Positions 47,764 to 56,045 of a stretch of 64,000 nucleotides of DNA are shown here, piece by piece (position 1 is the stretch's first letter; each line of letters starts with the position of its first letter). This DNA is from Patescibacteria group bacterium. GTDB taxonomy: Bacteria > Patescibacteriota > Patescibacteriia > Magasanikbacterales > GWA2-37-8. The notes below the pieces were generated by a model, which ran no database searches, was not told the DNA's origin, and saw nothing but the letters and a program-made list of their open reading frames with translations. Where the stretch lies: positions 418,560-482,559 of the forward strand of contig JBAZUP010000001.1 of the NCBI GenBank assembly GCA_041661385.1, given 5' to 3'. The translations under genes and the position numbers were made by a program.

Positions 47764-49167
47764 TTATTTTTTCTTCACTTCAATATTTGCATCATCCAAT
47801 GCTTTTTTTGGTACTGCAGAAGGTGCGCCCATCATTAGGTCGCGGGCATCGCCGGTTTTTGGTACCGCGATAACTTCTCTGATATTCGGTTCATTTGCTA
47901 AAATTGCAATTACTCGGTCAATCCCGAGCGCAATACCGCCATGGGGAGGAGCGCCAAAATCAAATGCCTCGAGCATGTGACCAAACTGATCCTGAATCTG
48001 CTCATCCTTGAAACCCATAACCTCAAAAACTTTTTTCAAAGCTCCGGATTGGTGGTTGCGGATGCTTCCCCCGCCGGCCTCGAAACCATTTAAAGCAATA
48101 TCGTATTGGGTAGTTAAAATATCGCCGATATTTTCTTTTTTCATAAGCAACTCCATATGCTCCGGTTTTGGACTTGAAAATGGATTGTGGCTAAAGGTCC
48201 AGCCGCCTTCATCGGTTTTTTCAAAAAATGGAAAATCAACCACCCAACAAAAAGCGAGCAGATCCGGATCATTTTTATCTTTCCGAAGATCCGGTTTGTC
48301 GGATTTATATTTTTCCATCGCTTCCTGATAAGTCAAACGTGGAAAAGGCATTTCTTGAATTTTTTTATGCGGCGTTACTGTCTGAACAAGTTTAATCAGC
48401 ATTTCTTCAATTACCGCCATTACATCTTCGCGTTCAACAAACGACATTTCGAGGTCTAACTGAGTAAATTCCGGCTGCCGATCACCGCGCTGATCTTCAT
48501 CTCTAAAACATCTTGCTACTTGGAAATATCTTTCCATTCCCGCCACCATCATGAGCTGTTTAAACTGCTGAGGCGATTGCGGTAAGACATAAAACTGGCC
48601 TGGATAAGTGCGGGATGGCACCAAAAACTCCCGCGCCCCTTCAGGGGTACCCTTGGTCAAAATTGGCGTTTCAATTTCCAAAAAATTATCCGCCAATAAA
48701 TGCTGGCGCATAAATTGAGTTACTGCGTTGCGCAAAACAATATTTTTTTTCATTCTTTCTGAACGCAAATCTAGATATCGATATTTAAGACGCAGTTCTT
48801 CATTTATACCTTTAGTATCTTTATCTATTTCAAATGGCGGAGTTTGCGCAGTGTTCAAAACTGTTAAAGTCTTAATTAAAATTTCAACCGTGCCGGTTGG
48901 CATCTCGGTATTTTTTTGTTTTTCACCGCGCTCTTGCACCACACCCGTAATCGAAAGCACCCATTCCGGCCTCACCTCTTTTAGAGTTTCAACCGAAACG
49001 GGATCCATTTGACTTGGCACGCCGACGCACTGCAAAATTCCCCCGCGATCGCGCAGATCAAGAAAAACAATTTTACCCATATTTCGACGGGCGTTTATCC
49101 AACCTTTTATGGTTACTTCTGTACCTACCAATTTAGGTGTTTCCACCGACAAAGTTCGTTTTGACAT
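47764..49167 (-). CDS. aspS: Aspartate--tRNA ligase, short (archaeal/non-GAD) type
   Basis: N-terminal OB fold. Class II motifs 1-3, including FRDEDQRGDRQPEFTQLD and a C-terminal GGIALGIDR. 467 aa. Confidence 0.9.
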   Translation of the reverse strand: MSKRTLSVETPKLVGTEVTIKGWINARRNMGKIVFLDLRDRGGILQCVGVPSQMDPVSVETLKEVRPEWVLSITGVVQERGEKQKNTEMPTGTVEILIKTLTVLNTAQTPPFEIDKDTKGINEELRLKYRYLDLRSERMKKNIVLRNAVTQFMRQHLLADNFLEIETPILTKGTPEGAREFLVPSRTYPGQFYVLPQSPQQFKQLMMVAGMERYFQVARCFRDEDQRGDRQPEFTQLDLEMSFVEREDVMAVIEEMLIKLVQTVTPHKKIQEMPFPRLTYQEAMEKYKSDKPDLRKDKNDPDLLAFCWVVDFPFFEKTDEGGWTFSHNPFSSPKPEHMELLMKKENIGDILTTQYDIALNGFEAGGGSIRNHQSGALKKVFEVMGFKDEQIQDQFGHMLEAFDFGAPPHGGIALGIDRVIAILANEPNIREVIAVPKTGDARDLMMGAPSAVPKKALDDANIEVKKK

Positions 49168-49399
49168 ATATAAATAATCACATGAATTGCTGCCCTAGTT
49201 TAACAAACAAACCAAATCTTCGCAACCCCATAACCAAACAAAAAACCGCCCAAGCAACAGAGCGATTTTAATAGTAATTTTTTAGGGAAATGGAAATCAT
49301 TAGACACTATAAAAAAGCCGACTCATATTGTTATTTGATTGACTCGGGCGATATTTTCGCCTCCTCTTCGCTTTTGAAAATAGCGACCGGTATTTGGAA

Positions 49400-52333
49400 T
49401 TACTTACCTATTATTTCCTTCAAACCCCAAAAGGTTGAGCCGCCCTCGTGTATTAACGAATTAATTAAAGAATAAACACCCAACTTTGTTGATTTGTTTT
49501 TGTATAAAAAATCAAGTGTTTTAAACCACTCAGTATCAACATGAAATGGTTTTTTGTTTTTTCTAACCCCACCAATTAATAAGTGGAGGTTGGCGATTAC
49601 TAAGGTGTCATCAGGAGATACTTCTGCCAGTTTATTTATCATCATCGTCAGGCCATAATCCCAATCGAACGTACCACCAATTTTTTCTAACGTTAACCTA
49701 ACGGTTCTTGCAAGCCAAGCAATATCAAAAATCTCTTTTTCGTTTTCCAGCCAATAACCGAACTGGTTCAAGCACTTATTCTTGTTATTTTTTAAAACCC
49801 ACTCCCATATTTCATTTAATCGTTTTACGGCGAATGAATTTTTTTTAAGATGTTCTGTTGCTTGTGTATTCCTACCCGTAATAAACATTCTCCCAATAAA
49901 ACTGATAAAATTAGATTGCTTGTCAGTATTGTCTGCCCAAAATAATTTAAACAAGCGGTGATTAAAATCAAACTCCTCATAATGCATAAAGGCTAAAGCC
50001 ATATGCGTCGAGATACTCTCATCCGGGTCCCTAAAATATCTCCTTCCTTCATCCTTAATATTTAAATTGAGACCCTTCTCATAAAGTTCTTGAAATTTGG
50101 TCTCGAAAAACATTTCCTTATAGAGGTTATTAGATAGATAACCTTCCCACGCAGCTAAATACATGATCTCTTTTCCTATGGCCGATGTAAATACGCTAGG
50201 GATAAGAGCTAGTGCCCAATCTCTTTCCTGATAATATATTGCTGGTAAATAATGACCGAACATGAACATTATCGCTCTCGTTTTTTCATTTATTAAAACA
50301 TTTTCGTAGAGATCCTTTACATCCTTAGAAAGATTACTCTTTTTAGATTTACCAAACTTAACATCCAGTATTACAAAATTTATAAAAGCTTGAAATGCCT
50401 TGCCTCGCACTGAATTAATCGCCGTTGTATAAGGATCACCTATTTCATAATCATTATTACCAGGTGATTTAGTTCTAATTTTTGCGGTTTCGATAATTTC
50501 ATCTTTTGGAGCAGGGTCATTTTGCGAAAGCAAAAATTGGATAATGTAAAAAAAAACATCTCTTAATGCAGAAAAATCGCCGACTAATTCAATATTTCCA
50601 TCCTGTAATAGTACTCTCATTAGATTGGCCGTCGCACTATAAACTGCATTCCAATTTGCAAGCCAACCCCTACGTTTTCTCTCGTCCACTTCAAGAATCT
50701 CTTCAACGGGTCTTTTTGAAATTGCAATGGATAAATTCAGTACATTTAATAGACTTCCTCTGACAAACTTTTTTTCATTAATTAAGGAAGTTATTTTCTG
50801 AATAAATGCGTAGGTATAATGGGGATCAATATATTTGTGGTCGAAAAATAACTGAGCACTGTGAAGAAACTCCTCAGTTCTAACTTCAAATTCCTTCTTT
50901 AAACGCTCAGCCACTCCGTCACCATCAATCGGATGAAGAAAATCACCCTGACCATACTTCTCTACCAGATTCGCCGGAGCCCAATCTGATCTTAATAATT
51001 GAATAATTTCAGGAACAGTCTTAGACCAGTCAGTTTCGTTCCCGGGGGCTTTCGGTACAAGGGTACCGGAAACAATTTCACCTATAGTTGGCTGGGGATT
51101 GTAATTTTCATTTAGTTTTCCGAAGACCTCCTGCGATTTTATTTTCTCGTCTTCGGTAAGAAATGGAAATGCGGACGATAAAATATCACTACCGTGAATA
51201 TTTAGATCTTCTTCAGCTTTAAACCTATCAATTACCTTTGAAACATAAAGACGCTGATCAGCCGAGCTCAAGAATGAAAAACATGCTTGTATAAGCCTTT
51301 CGTATTCTGCGCCAAAAATTAAATCGCCTGGATCTTCGTAATCAAAAATTCGAAATAGCTCATTTCTAATATTAACCTTAAATATTTCTGGACATAATGA
51401 GAAAACATATAATTTGAGTCGCCATACAGTCCTGCTATCTGGGAGAATGTTAATATATTTACCATACATACCCATTACATAATCCTTGTTTGAAATATTT
51501 TTTTCAAAAACTTTTTTTAACAAAATTGTAACTGTTGCGGCAAGTTCTCGAACATCGTCCCTAAAAGAAATATGTTTTTGCCGATGGGAAGTTATAGTAA
51601 AAAAATCGACGTCGTAAAAATGGAATGAATCTTCTATAGAAAAAATTTTTCCTTTCTGCTTACTACCCAACAAAACTATCCTTGCAAAAACGTTAATAAC
51701 AACCGCAAGAGCTTTCTCGAGATAAGATGAGTCAATATTATTTATATAGCCAAATATATCAATGTGAGACAGGTCATTAAGATAAAAAGGATTATCGGAA
51801 AATCCCGGACCCTTATTATTTAGGTCTTCCTTTGTCCGAATTGAAAATATCGCATCAATTAAAATCAACAGATTTTCATTATCACCGGCTTTTGAAAGCG
51901 TTTCAAGCATTTTCTGATATTCAATTCCCCACCTGCTATAATTACCCATTAGAGTAACCCACTTTTCACTATAAATTTTCGGAACTAGTCGCGCTAATTG
52001 GTCTGGTGGTAATTTTTCGGCAATCCAAAGAAATTGATCCACAACCTCAGGATTAAAAGTATCTGGTGATATTGGAATTTGTAAAACTAAATCTACTACT
52101 TTTTCTGGTACTTTTTGCGCCATACGAACCAGATAATTAAGTTCTGGCATTCTGTACGAATATACTGATAAATTTTCTGCCTTACTTTTAATAGGATCCA
52201 TGAACCCATTTTCCCACAGCCAATCAAGCCAGCGTTCATCGGCTTGAGAATAAAAATATTGGTGAGAATCAAAATTCAGATCTATAATATCCTTAACCTT
52301 TTTTAGATCTAAATTTGATGGGTTAGAAGTCAT
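49400..52333 (-). CDS. Large hypothetical protein (977 aa), predominantly alpha-helical, no recognised domain
   Basis: Long uninterrupted ORF with no Walker, HExxH, nuclease or other catalytic signature that I can see. Noticeably more AT-rich than the flanking housekeeping genes. Forms a pair with the upstream 187-aa gene, separated by a 5-nt gap. Confidence 0.5.
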   Translation of the reverse strand: MTSNPSNLDLKKVKDIIDLNFDSHQYFYSQADERWLDWLWENGFMDPIKSKAENLSVYSYRMPELNYLVRMAQKVPEKVVDLVLQIPISPDTFNPEVVDQFLWIAEKLPPDQLARLVPKIYSEKWVTLMGNYSRWGIEYQKMLETLSKAGDNENLLILIDAIFSIRTKEDLNNKGPGFSDNPFYLNDLSHIDIFGYINNIDSSYLEKALAVVINVFARIVLLGSKQKGKIFSIEDSFHFYDVDFFTITSHRQKHISFRDDVRELAATVTILLKKVFEKNISNKDYVMGMYGKYINILPDSRTVWRLKLYVFSLCPEIFKVNIRNELFRIFDYEDPGDLIFGAEYERLIQACFSFLSSADQRLYVSKVIDRFKAEEDLNIHGSDILSSAFPFLTEDEKIKSQEVFGKLNENYNPQPTIGEIVSGTLVPKAPGNETDWSKTVPEIIQLLRSDWAPANLVEKYGQGDFLHPIDGDGVAERLKKEFEVRTEEFLHSAQLFFDHKYIDPHYTYAFIQKITSLINEKKFVRGSLLNVLNLSIAISKRPVEEILEVDERKRRGWLANWNAVYSATANLMRVLLQDGNIELVGDFSALRDVFFYIIQFLLSQNDPAPKDEIIETAKIRTKSPGNNDYEIGDPYTTAINSVRGKAFQAFINFVILDVKFGKSKKSNLSKDVKDLYENVLINEKTRAIMFMFGHYLPAIYYQERDWALALIPSVFTSAIGKEIMYLAAWEGYLSNNLYKEMFFETKFQELYEKGLNLNIKDEGRRYFRDPDESISTHMALAFMHYEEFDFNHRLFKLFWADNTDKQSNFISFIGRMFITGRNTQATEHLKKNSFAVKRLNEIWEWVLKNNKNKCLNQFGYWLENEKEIFDIAWLARTVRLTLEKIGGTFDWDYGLTMMINKLAEVSPDDTLVIANLHLLIGGVRKNKKPFHVDTEWFKTLDFLYKNKSTKLGVYSLINSLIHEGGSTFWGLKEIIGK

Positions 52334-52338
52334 ATTTT

Positions 52339-52902
52339 TTAACTATTTGTTGAAGTATCAACTTTAGCAGTTTCGGGCACATTTTTTAAAATGCGATCAA
52401 TTTCTAGATGGATATCAATCTGATGCGTTAAAGCGCTAAGCATTACATTTTCAAAATCTGAAACTAAGTTTTCGAAGTCTTTCTCACTAAATGAAGCATA
52501 ATCAGTGTTGTTTTTTTCCACATTTCCATGATGTGCAAGACCGTTTAATTTCCCATATATAATACCCATATCCCGAATGGTTATGGGAGTCGCGTGAACT
52601 GATCCAAATTTCTTTAGAGCCTCTGCTTTATTTGTTGGGATATCCTCCACATTAGGACTATAAAATGGATACAGAATTTCACGAAGAGAGTTTGCGGCCT
52701 GTGCCATCCAATCCGGATTGGCTTTTAAATTTTTTTGTGACACAAAAAAAGCACCCCTGAGCATATCAGAAGGCTTTGTTTTCAACCTGTATAAATCATG
52801 GAGATCATCTAACCGTCTACACAGGTCTTCTTGCTTGGGACTTAAAGCTACAGGCGATAAATCAAATTCGCCTACAGCTTTCGGCAGCTCTGAATTAACC
52901 AT
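52339..52902 (-). CDS. Hypothetical protein (187 aa) co-oriented with and directly upstream of the 977-aa gene
   Basis: ORF with no recognised motif. Tight operonic spacing. Confidence 0.45.
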   Translation of the reverse strand: MVNSELPKAVGEFDLSPVALSPKQEDLCRRLDDLHDLYRLKTKPSDMLRGAFFVSQKNLKANPDWMAQAANSLREILYPFYSPNVEDIPTNKAEALKKFGSVHATPITIRDMGIIYGKLNGLAHHGNVEKNNTDYASFSEKDFENLVSDFENVMLSALTHQIDIHLEIDRILKNVPETAKVDTSTNS

Positions 52903-53117
52903 AAATTAACATTGTCATGAACCAAGCTTACACCTTTGTCTGCAATAAATAAAGACTTCCGATGTGCTCAGACTACATATGATCTGGCTAATTCAGACCT
53001 ATTAAATTTGCACTAAGACAGTGCACGCTATAGGTTTTGCGAAGCTTAGTTATCTACAGGTCCAAACATATAAAAAACAAACCACTTTTGAGAGGCCTGT
53101 TAAATTAATAATGTTTC

Positions 53118-53285
53118 TTAACCCACGATCTCATTAATTGATTGATCAACAATAATTTGCGGATTCTCTTTTATCAAATCGAATATGAATTGTTTTAAAG
53201 TTTCCTTTTTGAACGTCAACGCAATAATTTTTAGATAATTCGTCTTTCCATCATCTTCATATACAAGTATCAACGATTTATACAT
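53118..53285 (-). CDS. Possible small protein (55 aa) downstream of the 92-aa membrane protein gene
   Basis: Manual ORF MYKSLILVYEDDGKTNYLKIIALTFKKETLKQFIFDLIKENPQIIVDQSINEIVG. No homology known to me. Could be spurious. Confidence 0.2.
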   Translation of the reverse strand: MYKSLILVYEDDGKTNYLKIIALTFKKETLKQFIFDLIKENPQIIVDQSINEIVG

Positions 53286-53293
53286 TCCACCAA

Positions 53294-53572
53294 TTAAACC
53301 TTTTTGTATTTTACTATTTTTTTTATTTCCACGATTCTTCTTATTACAAACAAATGGACATATTTAACTCCATTATTTTCTATAATTAGATATGCCCCTT
53401 TTGTTAAAGCTAGGATATATGCAACTGCAAAACCAAACATCAGCAGAGAAAATCCTAGGGCATCTCTAACTCCATTTGTATTTGTGATTACCGAAATGTT
53501 AATCACCCAGAACAACAAAAGAACAATAATTGTTATTTTTATTTCATTAGTCAGACTCGACTTATATTTCAT
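53294..53572 (-). CDS. Small three-TM membrane protein (immunity-like cassette member)
   Basis: 92 aa, strongly hydrophobic. Located in the array downstream of the RHS toxin genes. Confidence 0.35.
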   Translation of the reverse strand: MKYKSSLTNEIKITIIVLLLFWVINISVITNTNGVRDALGFSLLMFGFAVAYILALTKGAYLIIENNGVKYVHLFVIRRIVEIKKIVKYKKV

Positions 53573-53589
53573 AATGGGTTTTGTACAGC

Positions 53590-54399
53590 TTATTGTTTCT
53601 GTACAGAATTTCTAGCAACTTCAACAAGATATGCTTTATAACCTAAGCTCCAATAAGCCAACAGCCAAATAAATCCTGTTAAACCAAACCAGCCGGCCAC
53701 AAACATTATCACAATTTTATCTAAGGTCAACAGAATGCCAGTTAGAATTATAAATATTTTATTTCCGCGATAAATTACTACTCCTAGAATAAAGTAAATA
53801 ATCAATGAAACCACTAAAAAAAGAGTTATGGGCGTTTTTAACAAAGCAACATAACCTACGGTTATAATAACGGACAAAAATATCACCATAGCACTTTGTT
53901 TTCGATATGATTTCCAAACAGACAAAGAATTGTAATTTTTTATTTGGAACTCCTTTTCTTCTTGTGACATTTTGAATGTCCCGGATTTAATCGGGCTTTG
54001 TTCACTTCCTACCTGGTTAAATCTGCCTTTAAGATGTTTATGGAAGAAAATCCAAACAATCAGAATAAGCATTAACTCGAATATATTAAAAGAAATATAT
54101 CCATTGTGACCAGCAAAAAAGTTCGCCAGGGTGTCAAAAACAATTACCAAAACAGAATAACCAAAAACAATATTTGTCCAAATTAATATCTTTTCAACCA
54201 TTTTTACCAGCTTATAAAGATAAAAACCTGATATAATTAAATCTATTGTATGCACGACCCCAGCAGCAACATTTGTAAGAACATTTCCATAGAAATCTGC
54301 ACCTCTCATCAAACCCGATATACCAAGAAGATCAATAAGAATATTCAAACCCAATAGAACTAAGATAAACCAGATAAATGTAGATTTTTTTTTATTCAT
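53590..54399 (-). CDS. Multi-pass membrane protein (269 aa), candidate immunity protein for the orphan RHS toxin
   Basis: About six TM helices. Immediately downstream of the orphan RHS-CT cassette and the 80-aa protein. Confidence 0.4.
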   Translation of the reverse strand: MNKKKSTFIWFILVLLGLNILIDLLGISGLMRGADFYGNVLTNVAAGVVHTIDLIISGFYLYKLVKMVEKILIWTNIVFGYSVLVIVFDTLANFFAGHNGYISFNIFELMLILIVWIFFHKHLKGRFNQVGSEQSPIKSGTFKMSQEEKEFQIKNYNSLSVWKSYRKQSAMVIFLSVIITVGYVALLKTPITLFLVVSLIIYFILGVVIYRGNKIFIILTGILLTLDKIVIMFVAGWFGLTGFIWLLAYWSLGYKAYLVEVARNSVQKQ

Positions 54400-54403
54400 A
54401 AAA

Positions 54404-54646
54404 TTAGCTTCTTGTTTGTATATAGGTTGCTATTAAAGTAAGCACAATGATGAACACTCCAATAAACATTATTATCCATTTGGTAATCCTGTCTTTATCC
54501 GAGCTGTCCAACCCACCCACGGAACCAGCGCCAAATGGGCCGAACCACCACGCTACTTTTTTAGCTACCTTAATTACACTTTCAAGCTGCGATGCGAAAA
54601 TGATTAAAACACCTAGTGCAAGGACTGAAAGATTTATAAGCTTCAT
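54404..54646 (-). CDS. Small two-TM membrane protein (80 aa), candidate immunity protein
   Basis: Overlaps the stop of the orphan RHS-CT ORF by 4 nt (translational coupling). Hydrophobic. Confidence 0.4.
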   Translation of the reverse strand: MKLINLSVLALGVLIIFASQLESVIKVAKKVAWWFGPFGAGSVGGLDSSDKDRITKWIIMFIGVFIIVLTLIATYIQTRS

Positions 54647-55683
54647 AATTTGGTCTTTTTTGGACTTACAATTTTTGACTCAACATGATCAATTATGCTT
54701 TTTCCAGTGGTAAGCTGACTAGCCTTATCCAGAGTATTATAAATTATCTTACCAGTTTTTTCAGTGAGATATTTAAGAGTTGATTGACCCACTCCAGCAG
54801 ATTTAGCGTTCCGATATATTTTATATGCAGGCGATACTTTGGAAACATACGTGGGAACGTCTTTTGCAGAGAAGAACAATAGATCCCCTCCTGTTGCAGC
54901 AGAATCAAACAACGTATTATCTTTCAAAATTGAATTCGAGAACTCGCGATATGGTCCCTGCGTGTTTGAACGAGATGGTTCCCGATCCATGAAGGAACCA
55001 ACAATGTTTTCAGCTGCATTTGATGAATCGGCAAATGCACTATCTAAGTTGCCTAAAGATCCTGCTGTTAGCAAGGCGGCTGCCTGAGGCTGTCCTACGG
55101 CTAATGCTCCCCCAGCGAAGATTGCTTGTGGTACGGCTGCAAGTCCGTCTAAGACGGTTTTTCCAACTTGAAGCGCTCCCACACCAAATGTTTTTGCAGC
55201 GAACTCACCCGCTTCATCAACGTAATTCAAGGGGTTGTTTAGAGCATAGGAATAGCTATTCATATGCTGGGGGTTAGAGAGATAACTTTGTAGATCCATT
55301 TTTGTATACCTTCTAATCTGATCAGAGTCTCCAACTGCCAGAAATGCTGGATCCTGGGATAGGAGCTGACATCTCGAACCATCCTGATATCGAGCTCCCA
55401 TATAGTTCAAACCGGTATCCATGTCGTACTCATGTCCAGTAAATTTCTTTGGTTCGTTTAACCCGTTTGTCTGTTCATCAATCCGTATACCACCATATGG
55501 ATAGTAATCTGTCAACTCCGCAATGGTCCCGGTCACTGTGGTCATAATATTTGACCCACCTAAGTGGTCAGTATGAACGTTATATACACTAGAACTAGCA
55601 TTAGACCCTTTTACCGTAGCGACAAGCGTATCACCAAGATAAAATTGCTTCATGGTTGTTGTGCCACTGACCGTGTATGCCAT
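54643..55683 (-). CDS. Orphan RHS repeat-associated core domain plus alternative C-terminal toxin domain (displaced rhs-CT cassette)
   Basis: HTDHLGGSNIMTTVTG...DYYPYGGIRIDE...NYMGARYQDGSRCQLLSQDP...NSYSYALNNPLNYVDEAGEF is the canonical RHS core (xxHxDHLGS...YYPFG...ARYYDP...R..S.DP...N.Y.Y..NNP...D). It is followed by a ~190-aa unrelated C-terminal region with a Gly/Ala-rich stretch (FGVGALQVGK...AIFAGGALAVG). Confidence 0.7.
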   Translation of the reverse strand: MAYTVSGTTTMKQFYLGDTLVATVKGSNASSSVYNVHTDHLGGSNIMTTVTGTIAELTDYYPYGGIRIDEQTNGLNEPKKFTGHEYDMDTGLNYMGARYQDGSRCQLLSQDPAFLAVGDSDQIRRYTKMDLQSYLSNPQHMNSYSYALNNPLNYVDEAGEFAAKTFGVGALQVGKTVLDGLAAVPQAIFAGGALAVGQPQAAALLTAGSLGNLDSAFADSSNAAENIVGSFMDREPSRSNTQGPYREFSNSILKDNTLFDSAATGGDLLFFSAKDVPTYVSKVSPAYKIYRNAKSAGVGQSTLKYLTEKTGKIIYNTLDKASQLTTGKSIIDHVESKIVSPKKTKL

Positions 55684-55696
55684 AGCTCGAATAATA

Positions 55697-56044
55697 CTAG
55701 TCGATCAACCACCCAAGATAATAAAACTGAACAAATATCATTATTACCTGCATTAAAAACAATAATGACCCGACTAATGCTGACTTAATTTTATTATATT
55801 GCCTAAGCTCATTTACGGTTAATATAATATTTACTCCAACTAAAATCAAAAGTGGATAATAAATTATGAAATTTTCTATTTGGCTACGCCAAGGCCCGTG
55901 ATTAATGCCATTTGCATACCAAACTGATTCGGGTGGTAGAAATATATAATACGATTCAAACCAATATATTATAAATGGTAAAAGCCATGCGACTAAAGTT
56001 AAGATATATAAAATTAAATCTTGCCGCTTAAATTTGGTTAGCAT
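55697..56044 (-). CDS. Membrane protein (115 aa), candidate cognate immunity protein of the main RHS toxin
   Basis: Starts 2 nt after the stop of the giant RHS gene. Three TM helices with periplasm-facing loops. Confidence 0.45.
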   Translation of the reverse strand: MLTKFKRQDLILYILTLVAWLLPFIIYWFESYYIFLPPESVWYANGINHGPWRSQIENFIIYYPLLILVGVNIILTVNELRQYNKIKSALVGSLLFLMQVIMIFVQFYYLGWLID

Positions 56045-56045
56045 A

